This document shows positions 13,087-25,935 of a DNA stretch of 64,000 bases, one piece after another; position 1 is the first letter of the stretch; the number at the start of each line of letters is the position of its first letter. Origin of the DNA: Octopus vulgaris (Eukaryota); NCBI GenBank assembly GCA_951406725.2, contig OX597819.1, forward strand, positions 59,954,001-60,018,000, read 5' to 3'. A program made the translations under genes and the position numbers. A model generated the notes under the pieces. That model saw nothing but the letters and a program-made list of their open reading frames with translations. It ran no database searches and was not told the origin of the DNA.

Positions 13087-14332
13087 TTAGGTTGTCTCAC
13101 CTGAAATGTCACATTTGAAAAAGATAATGTTGAAATTGTTTTTTAAGTTTTAGAATATTTATTTATTTAATCAAAATATGACCCTTGTTCATTTATGACC
13201 TTCATCCAACTTTAAAGTATATATTCTATCTTCGAAGAATTTGTCATCTTTTACACTGATAAACTGTTTGAATGCTTCAATTACCTCTTCTTTATTTAAG
13301 AATGTTTCATTGCATATAGCAAGCTCAAAGTGTTTAAATATGTGATAATCAGTCAGAGAGATATCAGGAGAACAAGGAGGATGTGCCAGAATTTCATAAT
13401 TCAGGCTTTGCAACTTTGGGAACCGTAGTTTGAGAAGTGTGAGTCCGTGCTTTATCATGAAGTAAAATTGGGCCATCTCTATCCACTAAACTGGGTTGTT
13501 TCTTTTTTAATTTTTCCTGCATACAATCAATTTTCTGACAATAGGATGTTGCTGTTACAGTTTTTCCTTGTTACAAAAATTAATAAGGAATAACCCCCTT
13601 TGTTGACCACCATACAGTGACCATCAACTTTTTAGGGTACAATGGTGGTTTTGGGTAGTGTTTTGGTGACTCTCCTGCATCTTACCACTGTCCTGCTATT
13701 ATCAAAGAGTATCCATTTTTTAAATGTAATGAGTCAATACAAAAATGGTTCTCTTTCCAACCGAGAAATCAACATGGAACACACTGTGAGGTGTCTGTTT
13801 CTTTGAATCTCATTAAGTTGATGGGGAAGAAACCTATCCATCTTTTTGCCTTTTTCAATTGTCTTCAAGTGTCAAGAAGCAGTTGTGGGAGATGTCTGGA
13901 GCTGGATCAGATTTTTTGGACTGTTGTTCTCGGATTTCGTTTAACCAAAGCATTTGATTCATCATGCTTAATAACGGATTTTGGTCTCCCTCTTGGTTCA
14001 TTTTTAAGGCTTTCATTTTCTGAACGAAATCTTTGGAATCATCTCTGAACAGTTCTAATGTCAACTGAATCGTTACCAAAGGTCTGCTTGATGTTTCATA
14101 GAGTTTTGTTGGCAGAGTGACCCAACTTGTATTCGTACAAGAAAATCACTCAGTATTGTTCAGTTGTCAACATTGTCAAAAGAGCTGTGGGTAGCATTTC
14201 TGAATAATAGTATTGTCTAGAAAGAAAAAAGTGATTAAACACAAACGTATATAGAAACTCATTAAAAATCCATTTATAGATGACTCCTAAGAAACCCTTT
14301 TAAAATACAACATTTCATGTGAGACAACCTAA
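13087..14332 (-). mobile_element. Full-length decayed mariner transposon
   Basis: 23-bp TIRs ttaggttgtctcac(c/a)tgaaatgt with TA on both sides; 1246 bp long. Confidence 0.95.
13167..14173 (-). pseudogene. Mariner transposase pseudogene
   Basis: Start MLTTEQY*VIFLYEYKLGHSA and C-terminal HPPCSPDISLTDYHIF (YSPDL-like motif); several stops and frameshifts. Confidence 0.9.
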
Positions 14333-15251
14333 TATATGCCCATGTTTACATGACTGTAAGATAAATGGGGTCAATATTTTCAATGTAAGAGTCAAAAAAG
14401 GTGGACCTTGCTACATAAAATTTGGGTATTTTAAAAGCATTTTTGTATTGGATTTTAGCCTCTCATGATTCATAAGGGATGTCATATTTTGTTTTGTTAA
14501 GTTTCCTTGATTTTGCATTTCGGTGAATGCCTGCAGACCAACTTGCATCCTTTCTCTATGTATCATCAAATTTGACAAATTTCCATATTTGTCCATCATT
14601 GCACAGTCTAAAATACTCATGTGGTGCTGAGTCATGAATCAAGGAAGCTACAATATGTAGCTTTGGGTGTTTATCAATAAGTTGTCTAGTGAATGTCTCC
14701 CTTTTTTTTTCTTTCTTGCTTTCAAACAAGCATACACAAACATACACAAAATAAAGGTTCTAACTAGGATTATTTATCTCCTTTTCCATCTGTTATTATC
14801 TAAGAATGCAAAGTTAATTAGTAATGGTAGTAGTATTCAACTGATAATTAATAATTAGTAACTGAACACATTACTCACGGTATACACACATACACTCACA
14901 TATATACATACATTGGAACGATATACTTACATTAATAAATAGCGCAAAATTAGACGCACAGCAGTAATTTAAAGCTGCTGAAATTCAAGGCTGATAATGA
15001 TTGTTAGAAATATCATTTGACTCATTTAATTTAGACAAAAAAACATGTCACAGCCATGTTCAGCATGTTTTCTTTGTGTATGTGTGTATATATATATTAT
15101 ATATAGGACTACAGTGTACAGTGTTTGTCATACCTTTTAAAATAGTACAGGGTTTACAACCTAGAGTATCTAAATCTCAGAGGGTGTAGAAAAGAGGGAC
15201 AATGTATGCTTGATTAAAATTGCTTTTCAGAATAAAATTATTAACTAATTC

Positions 15252-15479
15252 TTAACCCTTTAGCATGTAAACCGGTCATATGTGGCCAAAATATTCTATC
15301 TGCTTTACCTTGAAACTGGCCAGATCTAGCCTCTCACACCTATCGTACAATGTCATTCTAAAAATAATAAAATTACATAATCAAAATTTTGAAGCTACAA
15401 GATAATACGAATTAATTGAAAACAACCTGAATAAATAAGCATTAGATTTAGCTGGATAATCTGAATGCTAAAGGGTTAA
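15252..15479. mobile_element. TTAA-flanked (piggyBac-like) MITE, family A
   Basis: Perfect inverted ends ttaaccctttagcat / atgctaaagggttaa; other copies near 27508-27735, 35054-35228, 53785-53998 and 62998-63490. Confidence 0.9.
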
Positions 15480-16304
15480 AATAACTCTGTTCTATCAAGC
15501 ACACCAAGGATTTTATTATTTCACAGCATGGCTCTCAATTTAAAAAAATAAATAGATAAATAAATTGTTAGAAAACAGATTTGCACATCTTTGCTAGTTG
15601 CAGCATTTTTTCAGTAGTTAGTCTTTTTAAGTATGATTCCTGAAACAAAAACTCTGTTATCCAGTTGTTATCATCACATTGCTAATTGATTTGTCCATCA
15701 TGGAGACAAGCTTTCACTGCCATTCTGTCATTGCAGAAAATATTAAAAATTTATGTTAGAATTACGTATTTGCATACACATATTTATTTCATTGTAATGC
15801 TATATGATAGTTAGAAAATCCCCCATACTGACTGCTAATAAATAAAGAAGAGAGCATAAGTTATTCATGTCAACAGAAAAGTCAATTTAACTGTTAATTA
15901 TTATTTTGATGGTAACAGCTGGAATGGCATTTAGGCCAGTAGGTTTGTCTATGTTAAGAGAATAGAAAATTTATTGACTTTAAATAGCCATGTCCACGGT
16001 GAACAGTGAGAATCAAGACAATGGCTGGCATATTCAGTCTTAATATGTTCTGGTAGATTTGAGCATGAGTATGCTAATTATTGTTGTGTTTAATCACAGG
16101 GGAACCACACTTTTCAGATGAACATGTGTTCATAACACACAAGATACATTAGCACAAAGGACACACCTCCATCCGTAATTGACTTGACTTTGTTTTTATG
16201 GTTGGATGCCCGTTCTAATGCCAACCACTTTACAGAATGTACTGGATGCTTTTGGTGTGGTGCCAGCATGGGTGTCTACACAGACATTTTCCATCATAGG
16301 TGCT

Positions 16305-16530
16305 TTAGTGTGGCTGTTGCCAGTACCGCCTGACTGGCCCTCATGCCAGTGGCACGTAAAAGCACCCACTACACTCTCGGAGTGGTCGGCGTTAGGAAGG
16401 GCATCCAGCTATAGAAACTTTGCCAGATCAAGATTGGAGCCTGGTGCAGCCATCTGGCTTGCCAGTCCTCAGTCAAATCGTCCAACCCATGCTAGCATAG
16501 AAAGCGGACGTTATGAATGATGATGATGAT
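16305..16530 (+). mobile_element. RTE LINE 3' end
   Basis: ggcacgtaaaagcacccactacactc...ggacgtta + (GAT)n. Confidence 0.85.
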
Positions 16531-17419
16531 GTATGTATGTGAGTGTATATGTGGATAATGGGAGTAGTTCAGTTACTAATTATTAATTACCGGTTGAATA
16601 CTACTGCCATTACTAATTAACATGGTGCCACCACTAGTGCTTCTCGCATGGTACCATCATGGCTGCTTTTCACAAGATGCCATCACAGGTGCTTCTTATG
16701 TGGCACCGGCACCTATAGGTTTGCCCAGTAGCTTACAAGACAAGAACATCACAGCTGAGAAAGGTGGAGATGCGCCAGGTGAGAGGTTGGAGTATTGCTG
16801 TTTATCTGAAGAAGTAACCAACATACCAACCCTGGCTGTTTTGTGTTGTTGGCCATAACTTGTAGACATTTAAACTGAACAGAAATTGTATCCAACCAGG
16901 CATGGGCAGTGTTTTCCAGAAGTGGACTGCATGAGACAAAAGAAAACTCAGAGTAATTTTTTGATAGACGTGCCATTCATAAAGTCCAACCAATCATGAG
17001 CGCATGGCACTTCAAAGCTAACCTAAAATGTCAGAACACTCCAACCAAGTTTTGTCTGACTCACAAGAAGTTATAGCGATGGTGTACATGCATGCAATCC
17101 ATCTGATAAGTGTCGGAACCCTTTTTATTTATATGTTATAAACACCTCATTTAAAGTTTCCATAAGTCTAATCTCTATTTATCTTATTTATTGGTTTACT
17201 TGTTTCTGGCATTGGACAGTAGCCATGATGGGGGTAGCAGTTTTGAAGGATTTTAAGCAATTATATCCATTTCAGTACTTTATGGTATTCAGTTTAACAA
17301 TCTGTTATTGAATGGTCAAGTTCATCAAATTTATGTCCCTTCCAACAGTTATCTCCCTTTTATGGACCTAAATACCACATGGTATATAAATTCATTTATT
17401 CCAGATTATATTTTATATA

Positions 17420-17756
17420 TAGATATTAAAAGTGCAACTTGTGTCAACAAATATATATATATATTGATAGAAATGGCAAGACAACAAAAGAATGAAAGAG
17501 ACCTCAATATTATGTAAATAGAGGAATTTATCTGCAAACATATATATGTGACAATTATTTGGTAGCCATGGTAAAACTCCGAGTTTTGGATGTTGGGATG
17601 GAAACCCACGCTGGCATTACTTCAATTATCGGGCCTTTTTTTTCTTTTTTGATGGACCGATAACTGAAGAGATGCCGGCATGGGTTTCCATGTCGACATC
17701 TGAAACTCGGAGTTTTACCATGGCTACCGAATAATTGTCACATATTATATTTACAA

Positions 17757-17788
<32 letters not shown>

Positions 17789-17975
17789 TAGGAGGTTTAG
17801 TGGTGATGTACAGGTATTATATATTAGAAAAAATAAGGTACTCAGAAATCTGGATGGTTTTGTATTTACAGATTTTTATTAATGTCACATGTTTTTATAA
17901 ATCATATATTTGCGCTTGCATCTACTCCAGTAGACTTCAGATTTGAATGTGTTTGAGAGGATTCGTCTCGTTTTA
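17420..17975. mobile_element. Probable Penelope-like element remnant with inverted terminal arrangement
   Basis: Palindrome with arms of about 90 bp (17544-17635 / 17654-17745) carrying a hammerhead-like core. The PLE assignment is inferred from this architecture; no RT or GIY-YIG ORF was seen. Confidence 0.45.
17652..17721 (+). ncRNA. Candidate type I hammerhead ribozyme
   Basis: CUGAAGA 17664-17670; stem II gatgccggcatgg / ccatgtcgacatc; GAAA 17702-17705; short stem III aact..agtt; GUU 17712-17714; bulged stem I atgg..taa / ttaccat. Confidence 0.55.
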
Positions 17976-18054
17976 AAGCATTATTGAGTGTGTAGGGGTG
18001 GGGAGAGATATAGGATAGTAAAAGAGGGTGAGGAATCGGGAGAAGTGAGAGAGA

Positions 18055-18540
18055 GAGTGTGTGTCTGTATCTAAAAGGAGTGTCAACGGAAAAGAGAAGG
18101 AAAGGAAGAGAGAAAGATGAAAAAATTTGTTTACATCTTTACAGCTGGTCAGTTCTTTCAATAGAAAGTGATGAGTTGATTCTTGGCCTTTAAAAATGGT
18201 AAAACCAGGTGGCTACTCTGAGGCGGGGTCTTGATAATAGTTGTTTTTCAAAAAATTGTCTGGATTTATCATCATCATCATCATCATCATCATTGTCCAG
18301 TGAGAGAGTGCGTGTATTTTTGTGAGTGAGTGTATATGTGCACGCGCGTGTGCGTGTGTGCCTGTACATCTGAAAGGAGTGTCAAAGGAAAAGAGAGGGG
18401 AAGAGAGAAAGAAGAAACAAATCTGTTTACATCTTTACAGCTGGTCAGTTCTTTCAATAGAAAGTGATGAGTTGATTCTTGGCCTTCAAAAATGGCAAAA
18501 CCAGGTGGCTACTCTTGGTAAAAGTTATTTTTCAAAAAAT
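18055..18540 (+). repeat. Direct duplication of about 170 bp
   Basis: tgtttacatctttacagctggtcagttctttcaatagaaagtgatgagttgattcttggcctt occurs twice (near 18128 and 18424) with matching flanks. Confidence 0.9.
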
Positions 18541-18884
18541 ACCCCCCTTAGAGTAGCTGCACAACTAAATAGAATTTTAATCAGTTGGACACATTAATAT
18601 ATTTTTCCTCAAATACTTTAACAGAGCAAGATGTAAGAAATCATGTTGTTGCTATTGTAGCTAAGAATACAGTACACTTTCAAGAAAGGCATGAAGCCCA
18701 CTGGGGGTCACAGCTTGTAAAGGATTGTTGTTGTTTTCTAATTTATTTCTCTTTTTATCAACTACTAAATCTAAGACAAGAGGACTGTGTCTGTTTAGAA
18801 TGAAGAGCAAGAGTGAGTTGACAGCTCATGGCTTGGTATGGTCATAAATATTGTATATATGTATATGCATGTATATATGTATGT

Positions 18885-19726
18885 ATCATCATCATCGTTT
18901 AACGTCCACTTTCCATGCTAGCATGGGTTGGACAATTTGTCTAAGGTCTGGCGAACCAGATGGCTGCACCAGGCGCCAATCTGATCTGGCAGGGTTTCTA
19001 CAGCTGGATGCCCTTCCTAACGCCAACCACTCCGAGAATGTAGTGGGTGCTTTTACGTGCCACCGGCATGAGGGCCAGTCAGGCGGTACTGGCAGCGCCC
19101 ATGTTCAAATGGTGCTTTTTATGTGCTGCCTGAACAGGAGCCAGTCCAGTGGCACTGGCAACGACCTCACTCGAATGTTTTTTCAAGTGCCAGTGAGGCG
19201 ACGCAGGTAACGATCACTCTCGAATGGTGCTTTTTACGTGCCACCGGCATGGAAGCCAGTTTGTTGCTCTGGGAATGATCCCACTCGGATGGTACTCTTA
19301 GCGCTCCACAAGCACGGATGCTAGTCATCGAATTTGATTTTAATTTCACTTGCTTCAACAGGTCTTCACAAGCAGAGTTTAGTGTCCAATGAAGGAAAGG
19401 TACACATAAGTGGGCTGGTTACACCCTTGGCATAAGGCTATGAGGTTATGGTTTCACTTGGCTTGCCGAGTCTTCTCAAGCACAGCATATTTCCAAAGGT
19501 CCTGGTCTTTAGTCATTGCCTTGGTGAGGCCCAATGTTCAAAGGTTATACTTCACCAGATGGCTGCACCACCTCATCATTGCCTCAGTGAGGCCTCAATT
19601 TCGAAGGTTGTGCTTCACCACCTCATCCCAGGTCTTCCTGGGTCTACCTCTTCCACAGGTTCCCTCAACCGCTAGGGTGTGGCATTTTTTTACACAGCTA
19701 TCCTCATCCATTCTCGCCACATGACC
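18885..19726 (-). mobile_element. RTE LINE 3' fragment (ORF end + 3' UTR)
   Basis: Collinear with 55506-56210; (CAT)n tail. Confidence 0.9.
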
Positions 19727-19734
19727 TGGTCCAA

Positions 19735-20908
19735 CAGGGGTTGGACAAAATAATGGAAACACCTTAAAATTTCAAACAAATTTATTTTAATATGAGTAGG
19801 ACTGCCTTTGGCAGTAATTACAGCTTGAATTTTTGTCCATTCTTCAGCTAAAACAGTCTTCAGTTCTTGTAGTAATGATGGTGGAGGATATCGACTCCTT
19901 ACTTGTTTTTCTAAAATGCACCATAAATGTTCAATAACTTTAAGATCTGGAAACCATGGGGGCTAGATAAGATGTTCAACTTCACTAGAATGTTCCTTGT
20001 GCCATTCAGTAACAACTTTAGCTGTGTGAATTGGTGTATTATCACCCTGTAAGATTGCAATTCCCTCTGGAAACAGTTCAACAACCATAGGATGAATTTG
20101 ATCAGATAAAATGCTTAAATAGTCTTGACTATTAATTCTGCCATGAAGGGAAACCATTAGGCCAGCAGATTTCCAAGATATAGCTCCCTGCCTCCGATCA
20201 TTACAGATCCTCCTCCAACAATTGGAAGAAGGCAGTCTGGGTCAAATGCTTCTTTTGGCTGTCTCCACTACTTGGCCGGTGGTCAGAAATAAGATAAAGG
20301 ATGACTCGTCCAAGAAAATAGCATTCTTCCACTGCTCTAGGGACCAATTCTGTAGGTTTTTACCCCACTCTAAATGCTTTGCAGTGTTTGTTTTTGAAAG
20401 TAGTGGTTTTCTGGTTGCAGCCCTTCTGTGAAATCTGGCTTTGTGCAGCTCCTGGCGAACAGTTTTTGTGGAAACTGGGTTCTTGAGGCGGTCATTATGC
20501 TCTGTAGTAATTTTGGGAGCTGTACTTTTGTGATCCTTTCTAACAATTTGCATAAGAGTGCAAAGATTCCTATCTGAAAGTTGTTTTTTTTCCAGAGTTT
20601 TGTTTCAACGAGATGGTACTTCTTGATACATCAAAGATTTCAGCTGTTTTCGTTACACTAGCGCCTGCCATACAAGCACCAGCAATTTGACCTCTTTGAA
20701 AATTCAATAAATCTGTCATTTTAATGAATTTTAATTACCTTTTTCTGATAATATCTGAAAAGAAACAGCAATTTTAGCAAAATATATTAAGCAGCAATAA
20801 TAATAAATCAAGAAACATAAAAATAAACAAATTTTTGACAGTTTTATAGATATTTCAAAATTATGATGCTATGATGCTAGGGGTTTCCACCATTTTGTCC
20901 AACCCATG
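19735..20908 (-). mobile_element. Decayed Tc1-like transposon
   Basis: TIRs caggggttggacaaaataatggaaac / gtttccaccattttgtccaacccatg + TA; transposase fragments MTDLLNFQRGQI (ATG at 20719), ATRKPLLSK, FLDES, DNTPIH; TIR fragment also at 36215-36300. Confidence 0.92.
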
Positions 20909-20939
20909 TAATATAGGTAGATATAGATAGATATATGTA

Positions 20940-20970
<31 letters not shown>

Positions 20971-20971
20971 C

Positions 20972-21360
20972 CTTTTATTTGTTTCAATCATTTAACTGTG
21001 GCCATGCTGGAGCACTACCTTTAGTCAAACAAATCAATCCCAGGACTTATTCTTTGTAAGCCTAGTACTTATTCTATCGGTCTCTTTTGCCAAACTGCTA
21101 AGTTACGGGGATGTAAATGCACCAACATCGGTTGTCAAGCGATGGTATGGTAAAAACACACAAGCACATGCACACATTCCCCCCCCCCCATATATATATA
21201 TACAATGGGCTGCTTTCCGTCTACCAGATCCACTCACAAGGCTTTGGTCAGCCCGAGGCTATAGTAGAAGACACTTGCCCAAGGTGCCACGCAGTGGGAT
21301 TGTACCCAGAACCATATGATTGGTAAGCAAGCTACTTACCACACAGCTACACCTGCTTCT
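20972..21360 (-). mobile_element. S1 SINE (tail 1)
   Basis: Full reverse-complement match to 430-795. Confidence 0.88.
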
Positions 21361-21883
21361 ATATATATATTTGTGTGTGTGTGAGTGTGCAATTGATTGA
21401 TACTCACTTCATATATAAAATCATCATAATTATTTTACTGTCTCCTTTTTCATGTTTGCATTGTTGACAAACAAAAGTATGTTAGGAATGGAGAGTCTTC
21501 TACAGACAGGTGTTTTTCTTCTCACCATAAAGGCATTGGTCAACTCATAACCATGATAGAAAACACATGCCCTTTGTGGCCGAGATTGAACTCGGCACCA
21601 GATGGCTGCAAAGCAGACTTCTTCATGACATAACTGCAAATGTTGAAATAATATAATTTGTAACTTGATATAATTTGTACATGACACAGCTGATTCAATT
21701 AAAAACAATTACGTAAGATAGTCTGATATAGTTATGGGATTAGGACGGAACCAAGAGAAACTTGAGACCAGATAGTTTTGATTATTTAAAGGAATCAACT
21801 CTGCCAAATATAATAATTATTTATTCAAATTCTTTTGAAGTAATCATGCATTGTATCGTAGATTTGAGATTTTGGTGATATTC

Positions 21884-22368
21884 TTTTATTTGTTTCCGTC
21901 ATTTGACTGCAGCTATGTTGGAGCACTGCCTTTAGTTGAAGAAATCGCTCCCAGGACTTATTCTTTGTAACCATAGTACTTATTCTACCGGTCTCTTCTT
22001 ATTTCTTTATTTCCCACAAGGGGCTAAAGGTAGAGTTGACCTTGGCGGAATTTGAACTCAGAATGTAATGGCAGATGAAATACCGGCATGCTAATGTTTC
22101 TGCCAGCTCACCGCCTTATCAGTCTCTTCTGCTGAACCACTAAGTTATGGAGACATAAACACACAAAAGCAATGGTGGGGAGAACAAGCACACACACATA
22201 CATACGATGGGCTTCTTTCAATTTCCATCTGCCAAATCCACTCACAAGGCTTTGGTTGCTCCAAGGCTATAGTAGAAGACACTTGCCCAAGGTTCCATTC
22301 AATGGGACTGAACCCGGAGCCATGAGGTTGGTAAGCAAGCTACTTACCACACAGCCACTCCTGCGCCT
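21884..22368 (-). mobile_element. S1 SINE containing an internally deleted S2 insert (about 21998-22117)
   Basis: S1 halves are collinear; TSD-like accggtctcttct / atcagtctcttct. Confidence 0.8.
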
Positions 22369-22927
22369 ACATGCTTCTTTATTTTTGAAATGACTTTGCA
22401 GGGTAGGAGTGAAAGTCCAGATGTGCTTGGTTTGAACATGAAAGAGGTTGAGTATTTGGGTTGGTTATGGCCTGTTTAAATATTTGACAGTTAAGGCAGT
22501 CAATTGGCAGAATCTTTAGTCTACTGGATGAAATTCTTAGTGGCATTTCTTCTGGCTTTTTACATTCTGTGTTTAAATTTCGCTGAGGTCAACAGTTCCT
22601 TTCACCCTTTCAGAGGTCAGTTAAATAAGTACCAGTCGAGTAGTGAAGTTCCTCATCATTGTTTTAATTCCACTCCTCCATGCTTGTATGGATCAGAAAG
22701 AATTCGTTGAGGTGGATTTTCTATAGCTGGATGCTCTTCCTGTCACCAACCCCTGCCTGTTTTCAAGTAAAGTAATATCTCCCTTTGACCAGACATGCTT
22801 TCATGGAAGATTGGAAATGAAGGATACCACTTGCCTGTTGGTGTCACTCATTTACAATTATCAAAGCAAGGGGACACACACACACACACATATGATTATA
22901 TGCATACAAACGCACATACATACATAC

Positions 22928-23698
22928 TGAAGATATCACCCACATCATAAGTGATTGTCCAAAAATGTCATCACATTATCATCTATTATCAATGAGACAT
23001 GATTTTGTTGATAAGACACTGTTTAATGAAATCCATTGGAAGGATGACTCTGAGGCCTAAGAAATAGGAGCCTAGAGTATAGTAGAAGCCATAGCCACTC
23101 ATGATAAGAAGGAATATTGGTGGAATGTTCCAGTGAAAACCTCAATAAAATGTGAACACAATAGACCTGATATGATTTGGGACAGAAGAGAAACTGTATA
23201 CAGTTTTGGAAATCAGCTCCCCAGTGGATGTTAACATAAAGCTAAAGATCAGTGAAAAAGAAAATACCTGTGCTGAACTATTGAGAAGTCTACTGTTACT
23301 CTACTCAGATTACAAGTTCATTTTGGGGGTACTGGGATATGTAACACACTGCCTAAGTATCACTCATGAGAAATTAGGCTTCTCAAAACCAGAAAGGAGA
23401 AAGCTGATTTGAACACTACAGATCCAAGCCTTCACTGGAACTGTAAAACTTTCCAGAAGTTTATCATTTAAGCATATATGAGCATGTCGGCATAGGCAAT
23501 TATATGCATGAGAATACATACACAAAGCAAAACCTACAAGTCTACACATGCATTGATTCCAAATACTATACACATGCACATACGTGCACAAATAAACTGT
23601 TGATGTTGTTGAAATTCCAATGAAGGAGCCTTGGATCCAGATTAGAAACTGGCTCTTTCCCTATTGGCAAAAAATCTTGAAATAAAACTGAATAATGG
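22928..23698 (+). mobile_element. RLE-type (R4/Dong-like) non-LTR retrotransposon, 3' fragment
   Basis: EDITHIISDCP (end of zinc knuckle), MRHD, YWWNVP, HNRPD, LEISSP...EKEN (PD-D/E nuclease), LGVLG; frameshifted; flanked by (CATA)n on both sides. Confidence 0.85.
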
Positions 23699-25935
23699 CA
23701 TACATACATACATACACACATATGTATGTACATACATACATACATACATACTCATACACATTCATACACACACATGCATGCAGCAGGCTTCTTTCAGTTT
23801 CCCTCTTGCAAATCCATTCACTAGGTTTTGGTTGACTCCTCCCCATAAAATTGCTGACTTCTTGCCAGATTTGAAACGATTAATTAAAGAAGAGAAAATT
23901 AACAGTTCATTCCATTATAGATTTCAAAATTAATACCTCTAAAAATAATAATAAAATTATCTTATGTCATCATGTTGAACATTATTTTTATTGATATTCT
24001 CACATTCTGTTTACAAGTTGAAGTAACCTGATGAAAATATATCTTTTTAGATAAATTATACTCTGTTACAATGGTAAACAATTGTTATTCTATAGGGTAT
24101 TCTTACATTTTTTTTTTACTTTGTTCCTCGCATGTCTATAGTGTTTCAGTTTCTCGTGAGTTATGGCAGATATCTCCAATACAATGGATTGTTTAAATGT
24201 AATCCATCTGCTAATTCACATTGCATTTACAGTAAATGAAACCTGACATAAACCCAGTTTATTTTTAGCTTTCACAAAGTCTGTTTTCACCGATTAAGTC
24301 CTAAGGTCATGTCATGCATCATACTTCTGATGAATCTCTTAATTAATTGAAATATTAAAGCAGCCTTCTCATGGTCAGGCAATTTGTAGTCAGTCATTTG
24401 TTTTCCTTTATGCATCCTCGTTTCCCATTCTGCATCACACACACACACACAACAGTCTGGTCTTGCTCATTTCATTTGCATACAGAAGCGATGAATTAAT
24501 ACTCTCGTTTTCTCTATTAGTTCTATTGTCTACACCATTAGCTCTCTATCTCTCTCATGCACACTCTCTTTTCATCCCTTTTACCTTTGTTACAGTTTGG
24601 TATTGATTACAGGATTAATTCAGGCCTACCTGTACATTTCTACTGCTTAGTGTTTATTTTCCTAATTACTTTAATCGGTAAAGTTGGCCCCCTCGTTCAA
24701 GTCTGTGGAGGTGTTTCTTCATACTTGTATTCTGTTGAAATAGTTAATTACTTATATTTCCCTCCTCTCTTTCTTATATATTGTCTTACCATTGGCAACA
24801 ACGAATGTCATTTGACTGATAAAATGGTATAGCAAGTATAAATATCTGCATGAATTTTACTGGAAACCTTTTTCAATTGGTTTTCTCTCATATTTACAAC
24901 CACTCAACCTTGAAATTTACAGAGTATTATTGGATTGACTGCTTTATGCTTAGGATTACACTGGCATAGTTGTTACAGTATCAGATGAGATGTTTTGCAT
25001 TCTGGTTTCAATTCCAGTTAGTGTCAACTTTGCCTTCCATTCCTCTAGGGTTGCTAAATAAAATACCTCTCTACAAGAGTGAACTATCAGAAATGTTTGA
25101 ATATCAAACGAGTTACTTTGCAGCATTCATTTCAACACTTTGTGTCCAAAGTTCAAATCCCAGCCTACTTGGATGGTAGACAATTCTCTGCCTGGTTTAA
25201 CATCACCACCTGACCCATGAGAGCTTTTAATGGGTGCTTTTCATTTTTGCGAGCATTTTGATTTAGGTCTCGGATTTGAGGGCACCTTCCTCTCTCTCTC
25301 TTCTCCCTGCCAGTCTTGAGGTCCTTGTAAAGGGTCACAGGTATTGCCCCCCTGATTAAAAGATATATATAAAAAAGCAAACAAACAAGGTAGTGTCCCA
25401 GCATGGCCACCCTCTTGGTCTTTGCATTTATTTGTACAAACTGGATTATAACAAAGGAAGAAAACAGCTTTTATTTATGTGAAGTCTATTTTTATAATAG
25501 TTTCTAAAATTAGACTTGTACTGGTGTTGATTATTTTGACTTGAGTGGTGCCTAATGATATATAATAAAATTACTTGTTTTTGTTGTTTTTCAAAAAAAA
25601 AATTTCTTGCTAATTATTATAATTGCCATATTTTTCTACACTAATTACAGTGGAGTCTTTACATGGTTGCTCTGTCTTCTAGAAATAGCAACTAAATCTT
25701 TCTCAAATTATACCCTACTGGCTTAAAAGAAGTATGTTGTATAACATCCTTGGTAAACTGTGCCTACGATGAGTTGGTCATGGCTGGAATGCCTTTGATT
25801 ACGTGCCTGTTTCATCAGGACTGACTTTGTACTGAACAACATTTACACAAGCATTCTCACACCCTGCTCTTCATTGTCTCTTACGCTGACTATTTTATAT
25901 TTTTAAATATTTTGGCACTGCTACCTTCCTTCTTA

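Noticed and set aside
16749-16993. Overlapping minus-strand ORFs as a nested gene or transposase
   Set aside because: No recognisable motif or paired splice sites. It may be an old DNA-transposon relic, but I cannot support that.
23612-23660. Hammerhead-like ccaatgaag...gaaac in the 3' UTR of the RLE element
   Set aside because: The core CUGANGA is not intact and the stems could not be assigned.
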